Below are positions 48,144-58,114 of a DNA stretch of 60,345 nt, piece after piece; within the stretch, counting starts at the first letter, position 1, and each line of letters starts with the position of its first letter. The stretch comes from an uncultured virus (IMG/VR IMGVR_UViG_3300031673_013668) (taxonomy: Duplodnaviria; Heunggongvirae; Uroviricota; Caudoviricetes), in the IMG/VR virus record IMGVR_UViG_3300031673_013668; one strand, 5' to 3'. The notes below the pieces were generated by a model, which worked only from the letters and a program-made list of their open reading frames with translations, was not told the origin of the DNA and did not search any database. The translations under genes and the position numbers were made by a program.

Positions 48144-48506
48144 ATGAGTTATGAATCTCTAGTTCATAATAACACACTCATTTCGAGTGAAACAAGAGAG
48201 ATGAGAGGTTTTTTCAATATACCAATGTTTAACACGAAACACAATTCATTTTGCTTTATTTTTCGCCTATTTTTTCCTCTCATCCTTGAGATAGAAACTG
48301 AAATGATACACAAGAAAAGGGGAGGCTCTCTTTTCTATAAATTAAGAAAACCTGCATGTTATGATTTTCATAAAACCCTGGATTTTTGTCTTTTTGTATG
48401 TGTATTGAGATACACATCTTTCTTACCCTTGGATATTTATATTCTTAATTCTTTCTCCCACTTTTCTTGGTCAAGATTTCAAAATAAAATTGGAGGTTAT
48501 GCATAA
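48144..48506 (+). CDS. Hypothetical protein
   Basis: GGAGG SD before ATG 48144; atypical composition. Confidence 0.35.
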   Translation: MSYESLVHNNTLISSETREMRGFFNIPMFNTKHNSFCFIFRLFFPLILEIETEMIHKKRGGSLFYKLRKPACYDFHKTLDFCLFVCVLRYTSFLPLDIYILNSFSHFSWSRFQNKIGGYA

Positions 48507-48508
48507 AG

Positions 48509-48985
48509 ATGTTTACAAAGATAAGAACATATATAGATAAAATTTCAGGAGTTAAATTCCTTTCAATTAGTTATCTCTTCTATCTTTCTTGCTTTTCTAT
48601 TGTATATATTATTCCTAATAGTTCTCTTTTTATTCAACTTTTTATAAACCCTTTTTTATTATTTTCATTAATTTTCCTTACAATATTACAATATCTCGAT
48701 TGTAGAACGACTCGAATAGGGTTAAGAAAATATGGGGCTAGAGAGAGAAACCCTCTTTTTAAAGAAATGAATATAGAGGGTGTTCCAAATATCCTTTTTG
48801 TTGTTAAAATGGTAATTCCTTTTATATATATTTACTGTTTTTTAATACTCTCTATAGATGTATTAACCCTCTCTTGTTTAATACTTGCTCAAATAGCATA
48901 TTTTATTGTCATATTATCAAATTATCATCAAATCAATAAAAAAAAAAAGATTTTTAGAGAATTTTATGAATCAATACCACGATAA
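48509..48985 (+). CDS. DUF5658-like membrane protein
   Basis: LDCRTTRIGL...ERNPL with TMs. Confidence 0.6.
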   Translation: MFTKIRTYIDKISGVKFLSISYLFYLSCFSIVYIIPNSSLFIQLFINPFLLFSLIFLTILQYLDCRTTRIGLRKYGARERNPLFKEMNIEGVPNILFVVKMVIPFIYIYCFLILSIDVLTLSCLILAQIAYFIVILSNYHQINKKKKIFREFYESIPR

Positions 48986-49005
48986 TTGGATGTGAATAAA
49001 TAAAA

Positions 49006-49245
49006 ATGATACCTATAGACATAAGAAAATTAATAGATCCAACGGACATAGAAAAGAAAATAGATTTTCTATTCAATAAAGCATGGCATGGGACTAAAAC
49101 AGAAAGGATCGGAGCGTTTGAGGATCTAATTGAAATAAAGATAGAAACAAAAAAAGAACAAGTACACAAACAAGTAAGTATCGATTTAATCACACTCAAT
49201 TATTATCATGATATTAAATTTCTTTTGGAGGATAGTTTAAAATGA
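49006..49245 (+). CDS. Hypothetical protein
   Basis: ORF track. Confidence 0.55.
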   Translation: MIPIDIRKLIDPTDIEKKIDFLFNKAWHGTKTERIGAFEDLIEIKIETKKEQVHKQVSIDLITLNYYHDIKFLLEDSLK

Positions 49246-49760
49246 GATATATAGAAGCTCCTAATAATTATGACTATGATACATTATTAGAATATGAAAA
49301 AGTAAGTAAGAAGAGCCTATTCCTATCAGGTGGCATTACAAATTGTCCAGATTGGCAATCTGAAATTGTAGAAATGTTAAAAGATACTGATTTGATAATA
49401 TTTAATCCCCGTAGAAAAAACTTTCCTATTCATGATCCAAATGCTGCAAAAGAACAAATTAAATGGGAGTATAAACATTTTGAACTTTGTAAATTACATC
49501 TATTTTGGTTTTCGAGAGGTTCTCTAAACCCAATTGTTTTATTTGAATATGGACGTTGGAGTTATATTGTAAAAAAGTTTTGGCAATATCATAGAAAAAT
49601 ATTTGTAGGAATTGATCCTGAATATGAAAGAAGACAAGATGTTGAAATTCAAACAGAATTATTAGATCCTATTCAAGATCATCTTAAAATTGTTTATTCA
49701 TTAAGTGAATTAACAAATCAAATAATAGAAAAGGTGTCTAAAACAAAATGGTTAAAATAG
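49242..49760 (+). CDS. Nucleoside 2-deoxyribosyltransferase-like protein
   Basis: LFLSGGITNCPDWQ, FNPRR, QIKWE, PIVLFEYG. Confidence 0.85.
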   Translation: MRYIEAPNNYDYDTLLEYEKVSKKSLFLSGGITNCPDWQSEIVEMLKDTDLIIFNPRRKNFPIHDPNAAKEQIKWEYKHFELCKLHLFWFSRGSLNPIVLFEYGRWSYIVKKFWQYHRKIFVGIDPEYERRQDVEIQTELLDPIQDHLKIVYSLSELTNQIIEKVSKTKWLK

Positions 49761-49972
49761 TATTTTGGACGTGTCCGGAGGGGCATCATACAAGGAAAGA
49801 GCCTGAATTAACTTCAATTTATCACAATATCAAATATTTTAAATGTGTCCAATGTGAGAAGAGTTATTCGAATAGTCATTGGCATGTAGAAATATTCAAG
49901 AATATCGAACCTGAAAAGATCGAGATCATTACGTATGAAGAGTTAAAAAAAATAGGAGTGAAAGCGCAATAA
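49748..49972 (+). CDS. Zinc-ribbon protein
   Basis: CPEGH...CVQC. Confidence 0.55.
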   Translation: MVKIVFWTCPEGHHTRKEPELTSIYHNIKYFKCVQCEKSYSNSHWHVEIFKNIEPEKIEIITYEELKKIGVKAQ

Positions 49973-49973
49973 T

Positions 49974-50348
49974 ATGACAAAGCAAGATGAAGAAGCCTAT
50001 TTAGAGTATGAAAATAAACGCTCAGAATTGAAGAGCCAGATACAACATTTAGATATAGAATGGGCTCATAAAGTCTTCACGCTAGAGAATGCTGAAAAGA
50101 AATGTCAACGCTATGCTGATAAGAATCAGATTCATGCGCTATGGCATGAGAAAGGAGAAGTGATAATAGTATATTTCAAGAATCCAACTCCTTCAGGTGA
50201 AGAGCCTGAGATCTGCCTTCTAGGATATCATATTGATTCCTTTAATGGTATTGATCCTAGTAAACTTGCCCATTGGACCGCATTTATTGAAATGGAGTTT
50301 CCATTATCCCAACTAAAAGAATTCATAGAACTTATAAAGAAAAAATAG
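49974..50348 (+). CDS. Hypothetical protein
   Basis: ORF track. Confidence 0.6.
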   Translation: MTKQDEEAYLEYENKRSELKSQIQHLDIEWAHKVFTLENAEKKCQRYADKNQIHALWHEKGEVIIVYFKNPTPSGEEPEICLLGYHIDSFNGIDPSKLAHWTAFIEMEFPLSQLKEFIELIKKK

Positions 50349-50358
50349 AGGCAAACAA

Positions 50359-50826
50359 ATGCAAAAAAGATTGTCAGGAAAGAAATGGTATGATAAACCA
50401 TATGCAAACACCAAGGTCCCAGTACAAGAGACGTTATCACAGATTAAAGGGCTTCTTAATAAATATAATGTAATTGGAATCCAAGAGACAGAATATCAGA
50501 ATATAATCCAAATTAGATTTGTGTTAGAAGAAAATGGAGAGAAAATCCCTTTTGAATTTACAATTACATTACCTTCGAATAAGAATGAAAAATCAATAGA
50601 ATCCCAACAAAAGCAGTACATGAGAGCGTATTATTACTATTTGAAATCTAAAATCGAAATGATAAAAGACTTTGGGATTAAAGCATTTAAAAATGAATTC
50701 ATGGCTGAGAGGCTCCTAAAACTTCCTAATGGACAATTAAGAACGCTTGGTCAAGTAATAAAAGACCAAGAAGAAAAATTATCATATGGAGAAAACCTAT
50801 TTTTACCTTTAAAAGAAGGAGTGTGA
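50359..50826 (+). CDS. Conserved virus-type hypothetical protein
   Basis: YANTKVPV..T...I..LL and RA..YYLKSK.E...F..EF pattern recalled from phage proteins. Confidence 0.6.
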   Translation: MQKRLSGKKWYDKPYANTKVPVQETLSQIKGLLNKYNVIGIQETEYQNIIQIRFVLEENGEKIPFEFTITLPSNKNEKSIESQQKQYMRAYYYYLKSKIEMIKDFGIKAFKNEFMAERLLKLPNGQLRTLGQVIKDQEEKLSYGENLFLPLKEGV

Positions 50827-50971
50827 ATGAAATGATCTTATGTCAATTATGCAAAACAGAAGATAATAAAGAAGTAGAAATCAAGGATAGAGATTCTTTC
50901 ATACAGCATTTAAAAGAAGCCCATCACCTCGATTTAAAACAAATAAAAGAGAAAGAGGCTGAGGCGAATAA

Positions 50972-51367
50972 ATGAAAGTTAAAGAACTTATAAGAGAATT
51001 ACAGAAAAAGGATCCCAATGCTATAATATGTGCAGGGTACAAACCAATTCATTTTATTGAACAAATGGAATCTTATTGGAATGGTTATGTTGCTGAAGTA
51101 ATAAATGATGAATGGATTTACAATACAGATAAAGATAAAGTGGTAATACATTTATGGGATGAATCTGATTTTGTTGGAGCCTTTTTTGAGAAATTTGATA
51201 ATAATACTAATTTTAATGATATTTTACCATATATAAAAAACATTCCTAAAGACATTAAAGGAAATATAAAAGAATGTTATTTACTCCGTTTTAAAAAAGC
51301 TTTTGAAGATTGGATTGAAGATTGGAAAAAAGCATATGAAGAATTAGATAAAGAGAAAGAGGGATAA
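50972..51367 (+). CDS. Virus-type hypothetical protein
   Basis: MKVKELIRELQKKDPNA N-terminus typical of phage ORFs. Confidence 0.6.
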   Translation: MKVKELIRELQKKDPNAIICAGYKPIHFIEQMESYWNGYVAEVINDEWIYNTDKDKVVIHLWDESDFVGAFFEKFDNNTNFNDILPYIKNIPKDIKGNIKECYLLRFKKAFEDWIEDWKKAYEELDKEKEG

Positions 51368-51373
51368 ATAGAA

Positions 51374-52342
51374 ATGGTTCAATCAATTAAGCATGGCATT
51401 GGAGAGTATGATCACATTTATACTACTTACAAAAACCTTCCTGACACTATGCCTGATTCGATATGTAAAGAAAAGTTTGGTTTTGAAAATATAGAATTTC
51501 TCCAAGAATATCAAAGTCTTTCTGAAGAAACAAAAGACCTTGCGCTTAAAAAAGCTCTCGAAGAAATTAACGCTTATTTTATTACTGTAAATAAAGATTA
51601 TACTTTCGAAAATAAAGGTAATCTTGTAGCAATCGAATTTTTAAATATCCCCCAATCAGAAAGAGAAGGTTTTGGGCTTATTATTTCTGAAATAATGGAA
51701 CAAATCAAAACTAAAATTCTCAATTTTCGTTTTAATCGGAATTACAAATCCACAGGGATTATGAAATTAAGGTTTCATATAAAAAATTGTGGCTGGAATT
51801 TCAGTGATCAAAATGTCATCACATTTCATGATAAAATGTCATCACAAATCGAGGGCGAGATAAAAAAAATGTCATCACAAAATCATAATGAAAAGGAAAA
51901 CGTCATCACAAATCCAGATGAAGATCAGAAGAATGTGATGACAAAATTAGAGGAAGAGGGAAATGTCATCACAAAACCAAAAAAAGGGGATTATATTCAT
52001 TTGAGGATTTCTACAGAAAAAAAGGCAGAAATCCAAGAGAAAGCTCATAATGCGAAGTATAAATCACTTTCGAAATATATTATCGATGTGATGACAAAAC
52101 AAGAAAGTGTGATGACAAATGAGGAAAGCGTCATCACATCCAATATGAATCATAGAATTCTTCATGATAAAATTGATTCCCTAACCTTTTATAAAGAGAA
52201 ATCTAAAGATTTCGCTCTTATGTTTAATCATTTATTTGAAAATAATCCTGAAGTCAAAAAAGCAGTATTGGTTTATAAAAAAAAGTTTCCTGATAATTTT
52301 GAAAATATAAAAGATTTAATTAAAAAACTGAAAGGAGGCTGA
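51374..52342 (+). CDS. Protein with internal RHH (MobC/CopG-like) domain flanked by DNA repeats
   Basis: YIHLRISTEKKAEIQEKAHNAKYKSLSKYII. Confidence 0.7.
   Translation: MVQSIKHGIGEYDHIYTTYKNLPDTMPDSICKEKFGFENIEFLQEYQSLSEETKDLALKKALEEINAYFITVNKDYTFENKGNLVAIEFLNIPQSEREGFGLIISEIMEQIKTKILNFRFNRNYKSTGIMKLRFHIKNCGWNFSDQNVITFHDKMSSQIEGEIKKMSSQNHNEKENVITNPDEDQKNVMTKLEEEGNVITKPKKGDYIHLRISTEKKAEIQEKAHNAKYKSLSKYIIDVMTKQESVMTNEESVITSNMNHRILHDKIDSLTFYKEKSKDFALMFNHLFENNPEVKKAVLVYKKKFPDNFENIKDLIKKLKGG
51814..52138. repeat. Nine copies of the pseudo-palindrome YGTCATCACA / TGTGATGACA
   Basis: Starts 51814, 51837, 51870, 51901, 51934(rc), 51964, 52087(rc), 52108(rc), 52129. Confidence 0.95.
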
Positions 52343-52508
52343 AGCGAATAAATGAAACAAATAATTAATAGAATTTTTGATCCTGAAACGAATGAAACTT
52401 TAATTGATTTATCTAATTTAGATAAACTTACTATTATACAATTAGAAGTTTTAATCTTTGAGGCAGAATCTATGTTGCATAAAAAAGAGAAGGAGGTTAA
52501 ATAATATA

Positions 52509-52982
52509 ATGACCGATAATTCAGAAGACTTTAGTGGATGGGATGATCTTTTGGATGATAAAACTCCTGAAGAGAAAATATCAAAATCGAAACCAAAAGC
52601 AATAGCAAAAAGAAAACCTAAATCAAAATCTCAAATCGAAGTTCAGGGACAAAAAGGACCTTCAGAAAATCTAGAAACGATCCTCACGAAAGATGAAGCG
52701 TTATTGAATATAATTTCAGAGGTAAAACAACTCAAACAAGAAAATCACATATTAAAAACAGAACTTGAGACAATAAAACAAGGCTTAGATCAAACGCACT
52801 CATTAGGGATGGTATTACAATCACAATCAATTATAGTTAAAAGGATGTGTATTACTGTGTTAAAACAATATCAAAATAGTCTTACAACTCCTTTAGCTGA
52901 AGATGCAATTGAATTATTAAAATCAATAGGATATGATCCTGAGTATATTATTAAAGAAATTAGAAAAACAAAAAGGAAGTGA
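52509..52982 (+). CDS. Coiled-coil hypothetical protein
   Basis: GGAGG SD before ATG 52509. Confidence 0.6.
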   Translation: MTDNSEDFSGWDDLLDDKTPEEKISKSKPKAIAKRKPKSKSQIEVQGQKGPSENLETILTKDEALLNIISEVKQLKQENHILKTELETIKQGLDQTHSLGMVLQSQSIIVKRMCITVLKQYQNSLTTPLAEDAIELLKSIGYDPEYIIKEIRKTKRK

Positions 52983-53184
52983 ATGAATAAAAATGATATT
53001 CAATAATGATCTTTTAGAAAAGATCTCAAAGGATCGAGAGAATGACTGGGGCGAATTTGAGCATGTAAATAAGGAATATAAAGAATATGTAATAGAAGAT
53101 GATCCTAAAGGAGGGGATTAGGTCATTACAATAGTACAAGAAACGGAACAACCTTCGCTACTGGACTTAGAAATAAAAAAGAAG

Positions 53185-53484
53185 GTGCCCTTTTATAAAA
53201 AGCGCATTCTCTCAGGGCTCTTTAATCTAATCTCTATGGCGGGAATAACCTTTCTTTTTATATATATTCTCCCCTTTATTGTATATTCATTTATTTTTAA
53301 TAATTTCAGTAAACAAGCCCTCAGTATAACTCTTACCTGCATTATTTTCGCATTTCTTATTTATATAATTTCTAAAATGAAAAAAAGCAAGAAAGAACAG
53401 ATGGAGTGTAATCGAAGTGCTAGAACAAAAAACCAAGAAAATATTTTACAAAATAGAAATCTACAAATACAAATACAAGGGTAA
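53185..53484 (+). CDS. 2-TM membrane protein
   Basis: ORF track; open in frame from ATT 53125. Confidence 0.5.
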   Translation: MPFYKKRILSGLFNLISMAGITFLFIYILPFIVYSFIFNNFSKQALSITLTCIIFAFLIYIISKMKKSKKEQMECNRSARTKNQENILQNRNLQIQIQG

Positions 53485-53677
53485 GGAGCGCATTCTCTTA
53501 GAAAGCCAATATTTAGAGAAAGCCCTCTTGGACCAAGAATTTTATCTTGAGGATTTTCTCAAACCCTTTTTTAAATATAACAATTATGAAACGCTCGAAA
53601 TTCATATTAAGAGAAAGGCAAAAACCATAGACACAGAATACAATCATTTCAATCCAAGTATGGAGATGTTATTATGA
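53417..53677 (+). CDS. Hypothetical protein
   Basis: GGAGTG SD, GTG start. Confidence 0.5.
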   Translation: MLEQKTKKIFYKIEIYKYKYKGKERILLESQYLEKALLDQEFYLEDFLKPFFKYNNYETLEIHIKRKAKTIDTEYNHFNPSMEMLL

Positions 53678-54009
53678 AAATCAAAAAAGCAAAAACAGTA
53701 AAACTCTCTACAATAAATGTTTGTCCTGAAGTGTGTGAAGGATGCCAAAATCTCAGGGATACAATGCCTTATTGCAAGTTAGTTGAAAAGAATAATCCAA
53801 TTACCTTAAATGTCACCATGAAAGACCACAAAAAAGACTTAGAATCCTTTATTTTTAGGTCAGTCAAAATCAAACAGATTACCTATAATAAAGTAGAGGA
53901 GATGGCTAAAGAAGTAAAACAACAACCTGATCAATTTCTTGATAATTTCATAAATGAATTACATAAACATTTTTTCAATTCAATTGGAGGTAATAATATT
54001 CAATGCTAA
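53674..54009 (+). CDS. Cys-rich protein with RHH-like C-terminus
   Basis: CPEVCEGC; SVKIKQITYNKVEEMAK. Confidence 0.5.
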   Translation: MKIKKAKTVKLSTINVCPEVCEGCQNLRDTMPYCKLVEKNNPITLNVTMKDHKKDLESFIFRSVKIKQITYNKVEEMAKEVKQQPDQFLDNFINELHKHFFNSIGGNNIQC

Positions 54010-54320
54010 AAACAAAATTACTCATACATGAGAAAACAGAAAACATTCCTGATAATAAGGCTACAGTTGTTGAGGAGATTGAGAGAGAAACACGCTTTCG
54101 GGGCGCAGTATTCCTGAAAAAGATGGGCTTCTCTTTTAAGAGCCTTCTGAGCTTTCTTAGGAACCCAGAGGGCTTACCAAAGCGTTCTATCATAATGATC
54201 ACAAAAAAGGTTCTCGATGATGTCATAGGCGCTAATTATTTCGAGATCAAGAAAGAGGATATTACTGTGAAATATGTTTATACTTCAATTATAGAGAAAT
54301 TATTTGGAGGGATTCAATAA
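54003..54320 (+). CDS. Hypothetical protein
   Basis: GGAGG SD; ORF track. Confidence 0.55.
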   Translation: MLKTKLLIHEKTENIPDNKATVVEEIERETRFRGAVFLKKMGFSFKSLLSFLRNPEGLPKRSIIMITKKVLDDVIGANYFEIKKEDITVKYVYTSIIEKLFGGIQ

Positions 54321-54321
54321 A

Positions 54322-54747
54322 ATGAGTAAAGAAGTCTTAGAAAGCGAGAAAGAAATTAATAAAATAAAAAATAGGTGGGAGTGTCCTAATTGTAAAAGTA
54401 ACTCTGTTGCATTAGATCCAATCGGGGAACATAAACATTTTAATGATGATTACAGAACTTTTGAGATTTTAATTAGATGTTGTAATTGTCAAATGGTTTT
54501 TCATTTTATTTATAAAATAGCAAACGTAAAACTACATTCAATAAAGAAATCAGAAGCTGAGCCTAAAGAGAGTAAAGGAAAGAAAATATGGATCTCAGAT
54601 AATAAAAATTATATTATTTCTGAATTAGAAAATTTAATCTCCGATCTTGGGGATGAGCATTATTCTACGCCTAAGTTCTTTAAGTCCTTAGAACTTAATA
54701 TTGAGAAATGGAAAGCATTATGGGAACAAGAGAAGGTGATGGATTAG
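54322..54747 (+). CDS. Zinc-ribbon protein
   Basis: CPNC...CCNC; ATG 54322 after GGAGG. Confidence 0.6.
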   Translation: MSKEVLESEKEINKIKNRWECPNCKSNSVALDPIGEHKHFNDDYRTFEILIRCCNCQMVFHFIYKIANVKLHSIKKSEAEPKESKGKKIWISDNKNYIISELENLISDLGDEHYSTPKFFKSLELNIEKWKALWEQEKVMD

Positions 54748-54749
54748 AA

Positions 54750-55601
54750 ATGAGTTTAGAAGAGAGAATAGAACTATTACAGAAACAATTAATCGATAAT
54801 TTAAATTCAGAGAATAAGCGTTATGATGAATTAAATAAGAAAGTTAAAGCGATTGAAACGCAAACCAAAGAGCAATATAAAAGAGGGGATAAAATCTTTA
54901 ATGATTTTAATAAAAATAAATTTGATAATCTTATCTTATTTCTCCGAGAGTTAATCTATAAGCATATTAATAAAGATGGAGACAATTACGGAGACGATAT
55001 TGAGGACTTATTAAAAATGCTTGATAAAATACAACTTGGCTCGGAAAAAGAGTCTCAAGTAATTATGGATCAATCTACTGCATTCCCCAATTTCCGTAAG
55101 AAAGGAGTTGGCTCGGAAAAAGAGCCTTGTATTGAATGTTGGTGGTATAAGAACAAGGATTGTTGTTATGTAATTAAGGAAGAATGTAGGGATAATAATT
55201 ATAAATACTTTAAAACAAAAGAGCACTCGGAAAAAGAGGAGCTGGAAGTCATAAAACCAGATATTAAACTTGAAATGATTATGAAAGAATTTTGTGAGGT
55301 ATGTCATCATAAAGATAATTGTGCTTTTGATTATCTATGCCCCCCATTAATAAAGATAAATAAATTAGATAAAAAACTAGGCGAATCCACAGAAAGCAAT
55401 AAGGCTATAGATTCTATTTATGAATTAATTATAGAAAATGAAAAATTAGAAGAAGGAAATAAGAAGCTGATTGATGACTGTAAAAAAATCATAGATGACA
55501 TCCCCTTTTGCACAGATACAGCTTCATTTGGAAATATGAAAGATGAGGCAAAAAAACAATTAGACCCTCTAAAGAAGCGAAAGGAGCTGAACGAGAAATG
55601 A
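54750..55601 (+). CDS. Modular coiled-coil/Cys-rich protein
   Basis: AGGTGA SD before ATG 54750; three SEKE repeats separating small modules. Confidence 0.6.
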   Translation: MSLEERIELLQKQLIDNLNSENKRYDELNKKVKAIETQTKEQYKRGDKIFNDFNKNKFDNLILFLRELIYKHINKDGDNYGDDIEDLLKMLDKIQLGSEKESQVIMDQSTAFPNFRKKGVGSEKEPCIECWWYKNKDCCYVIKEECRDNNYKYFKTKEHSEKEELEVIKPDIKLEMIMKEFCEVCHHKDNCAFDYLCPPLIKINKLDKKLGESTESNKAIDSIYELIIENEKLEEGNKKLIDDCKKIIDDIPFCTDTASFGNMKDEAKKQLDPLKKRKELNEK

Positions 55602-55746
55602 GTCCATGCGAAAAAGAAGAATGCTATTATTACACTAATGAACTTGATGCTTGTGGGATACCCATAGGATTAAAAACATTACAACATTGTGAAATTGGTA
55701 AATGTTTAACCAAACAGATTAAGGAGAAGGAGGATGAGAAAAAGAA

Positions 55747-56100
55747 ATGAGTCCCTTAATCATAAAGGAAAGGAGTAAAAAGCCTCACGAAAATCAAGGT
55801 TTTAAACATGAATGTGGGCACTTCTGTGCAGATACTTCAAATCAATCACATTGCTGTAGATGTCAAAATCCTGAAAATGGTTATGCTTTTTTGCCAATCA
55901 ATTTGTTCTGTAAAATCTGTAAGGGAACTATGAGAAAATATGGTGATGGGTTTTATTATCAAAAATGTCCTGTTTGTGGTAAGATATCTCAAACTATAAA
56001 TCATTCCCTTCCTATTTTAGCCCCTTTGGTGGCATGTAGTAAAGAATGCTCTAATCAAAGAGGTAATGCAGGCTCACTCCAGATCTCCTGGACACCCTGA
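55747..56100 (+). CDS. Cys-rich zinc-binding protein
   Basis: Several CxxC motifs. Confidence 0.55.
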   Translation: MSPLIIKERSKKPHENQGFKHECGHFCADTSNQSHCCRCQNPENGYAFLPINLFCKICKGTMRKYGDGFYYQKCPVCGKISQTINHSLPILAPLVACSKECSNQRGNAGSLQISWTP

Positions 56101-56149
56101 AACATTCAATTTAAATAAAAAATAAAAAGAAAACAAAGAGAAAAAAAAA

Positions 56150-56335
56150 ATGAGTCAAATAAATCAAGACATAAAAAAGAACTTATGGATTATTGTTGCG
56201 ACAGTAGATTTCTCTAAAGGTATAATCGCAGAATTCAAAGAGGAAGCATTACGAAAAGCACAGAATCTTATAGATTCTATTGAATATCCCGAACAAATTG
56301 CTAATATAGAATTAGAAGATGTAATAAAAGCATAA
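56150..56335 (+). CDS. Small hypothetical protein
   Basis: ORF track. Confidence 0.5.
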   Translation: MSQINQDIKKNLWIIVATVDFSKGIIAEFKEEALRKAQNLIDSIEYPEQIANIELEDVIKA

Positions 56336-56346
56336 GAGGTAAAAAA

Positions 56347-56745
56347 ATGTCAGACACAGAACAAACAGTTAAAGAGGTACCACAAGAAAAACAAGGCTCT
56401 TTTACAAGAAAAATGGCAGAATATATTCAAATGATTTCAGGAAAACAATTTGATATTGATGTATGGCCTAAGACAGATCTAATATGTCTTTATGATTTCA
56501 ATAGATCATTGGCTCTTTTCCCCATAGACTACAATCTCAAGGATCTAATATCTACACATAAAAAAGATGAACCTTACACTTTCGATGGAGATACTGTAAA
56601 AAAAGCAATCGATATTCTGGATTCTTTAAGGGATACAAGTTTTGATGTAATAAGGGAGTTAGGATGGCCACTCCTTTTAAGAGGCGAATACTTTCAAATA
56701 AGTATCGCTCCACTAGGCTCTACAATTAATGAGGAGGAGGACTAA
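56347..56745 (+). CDS. Hypothetical protein, possibly a single clamp-like domain
   Basis: C-terminal GWPLLLR...ISIAP resembles the end of a PCNA domain; weak. Confidence 0.5.
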   Translation: MSDTEQTVKEVPQEKQGSFTRKMAEYIQMISGKQFDIDVWPKTDLICLYDFNRSLALFPIDYNLKDLISTHKKDEPYTFDGDTVKKAIDILDSLRDTSFDVIRELGWPLLLRGEYFQISIAPLGSTINEEED

Positions 56746-56747
56746 CC

Positions 56748-57689
56748 ATGGCAAAATCAAGAACAGAACAACTATTACAGAAAGAGTTCAATCTAAAGCT
56801 AGAAAACCCAAAGATCCTAAAGGTACTTGTCGAGACATTAGCGACAATTATTGGCGATGTAAAATTCTCAATAATCCCGGGAGTATTCACAGCAAGAGCG
56901 ATGGATCAGAGCAAGATCTGTTTATTAGAAGTCAAACTCCCCGAAAGCAGTTTTGATGAATACAAATGCGATGATACTTTTGAAATCGGATTAAAATTAG
57001 AGGATCTCGATAAAATACTCAAGCGCTCATCCCCTAAAGATACCCTCATTATATCTTATAAAGAGCAAGAACAAAAAATAAAGCTTTCAATGAAGTATCC
57101 AGACGCAAACAGAACGAGAACATTCATTTTAGCATTATTGGACTTAGACATAGAAGAGATCCCTATGGAGAAGCTTCATTCAATAGATTATGATACAACG
57201 TGGAGTATTGATCCAGATTTCTTACTTGAAGCAATCAAAGATGCGGAAATATACTCTGAAATCCTAAATATCAAATCAGAAGAAGGACAGGGCTTAGTAT
57301 TTAGTTCATCAGGACAAATAGGAGAAATGACCTATGAACTCGGTCTCGAAGAGCTTCTCGAACCGATATTCAATGGAAAACAAGTAGGGGCATATTCACT
57401 TACCTTTCTAAAATCAATTCTAAAACTTTCATCGATCACAGAAAAGCTAGAAGTTTCCTTAAAAACAGATCATCCTTTAAAAATGACCTTCTCTCTCATT
57501 GAAGGTGGGACAGTCTCCTATTTTCTCGCTCCGAGAGTTGAAGAGAATGATAATGAGGCTATGCTTGAAGATGAGATTGAATGGGATAATAAAGAGTTAG
57601 AAAACCTTTCAGAAGAAGTAACAACAACAGAAGAAGAAAAAACTACACCTGAACCTATAGAAGAAACTGATGAAGAGGTAGAACTATAA
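56748..57689 (+). CDS. pcn: DNA polymerase sliding clamp (PCNA) with acidic tail
   Basis: AMDQSKICLL, FDEYKCD, YSLTFL, TDHPLKM, YFLAPRVE. Confidence 0.95.
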   Translation: MAKSRTEQLLQKEFNLKLENPKILKVLVETLATIIGDVKFSIIPGVFTARAMDQSKICLLEVKLPESSFDEYKCDDTFEIGLKLEDLDKILKRSSPKDTLIISYKEQEQKIKLSMKYPDANRTRTFILALLDLDIEEIPMEKLHSIDYDTTWSIDPDFLLEAIKDAEIYSEILNIKSEEGQGLVFSSSGQIGEMTYELGLEELLEPIFNGKQVGAYSLTFLKSILKLSSITEKLEVSLKTDHPLKMTFSLIEGGTVSYFLAPRVEENDNEAMLEDEIEWDNKELENLSEEVTTTEEEKTTPEPIEETDEEVEL

Positions 57690-57691
57690 AG

Positions 57692-58051
57692 ATGGCACAT
57701 GAAACCGTAGAAATACAAATCTTACAAGAAAAGCAAAATAAAGAGTTTATGACTCCAATTCAATTAAAACTAATTGAACTTCTTGATAGAAATGGGCCTA
57801 TGAGTAGAAAGGATTTTTGTAATGCTTTTGGATTTGAAACGTATGATACAGAATATACTCGAAAATATACCCGAACAGGTAAAAGGATAGAAACAAAATA
57901 CTATGATAAAAAGATCGTTACACAGCATAAACAACGCACAACAATCTATGATAATCTCATAAAATTACAGAAAAGAAAAATAGTAGAAAAACACTCAGAA
58001 AACAATGGCAAGCGAGGCAGGCCTTTAGTATTGTGGCGCTTAAAAAATTAA
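57692..58051 (+). CDS. Winged-helix DNA-binding protein
   Basis: LLDRNGPMSR...RTTIYDNLIKLQKRKIVEK...RGRPLVLW. Confidence 0.75.
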   Translation: MAHETVEIQILQEKQNKEFMTPIQLKLIELLDRNGPMSRKDFCNAFGFETYDTEYTRKYTRTGKRIETKYYDKKIVTQHKQRTTIYDNLIKLQKRKIVEKHSENNGKRGRPLVLWRLKN

Positions 58052-58114
58052 ATTATTTTTTTTTATTTTTTTTAAATTGAAATTAAACACAACTAAAAAA
58101 AGAAACTATTAAAA

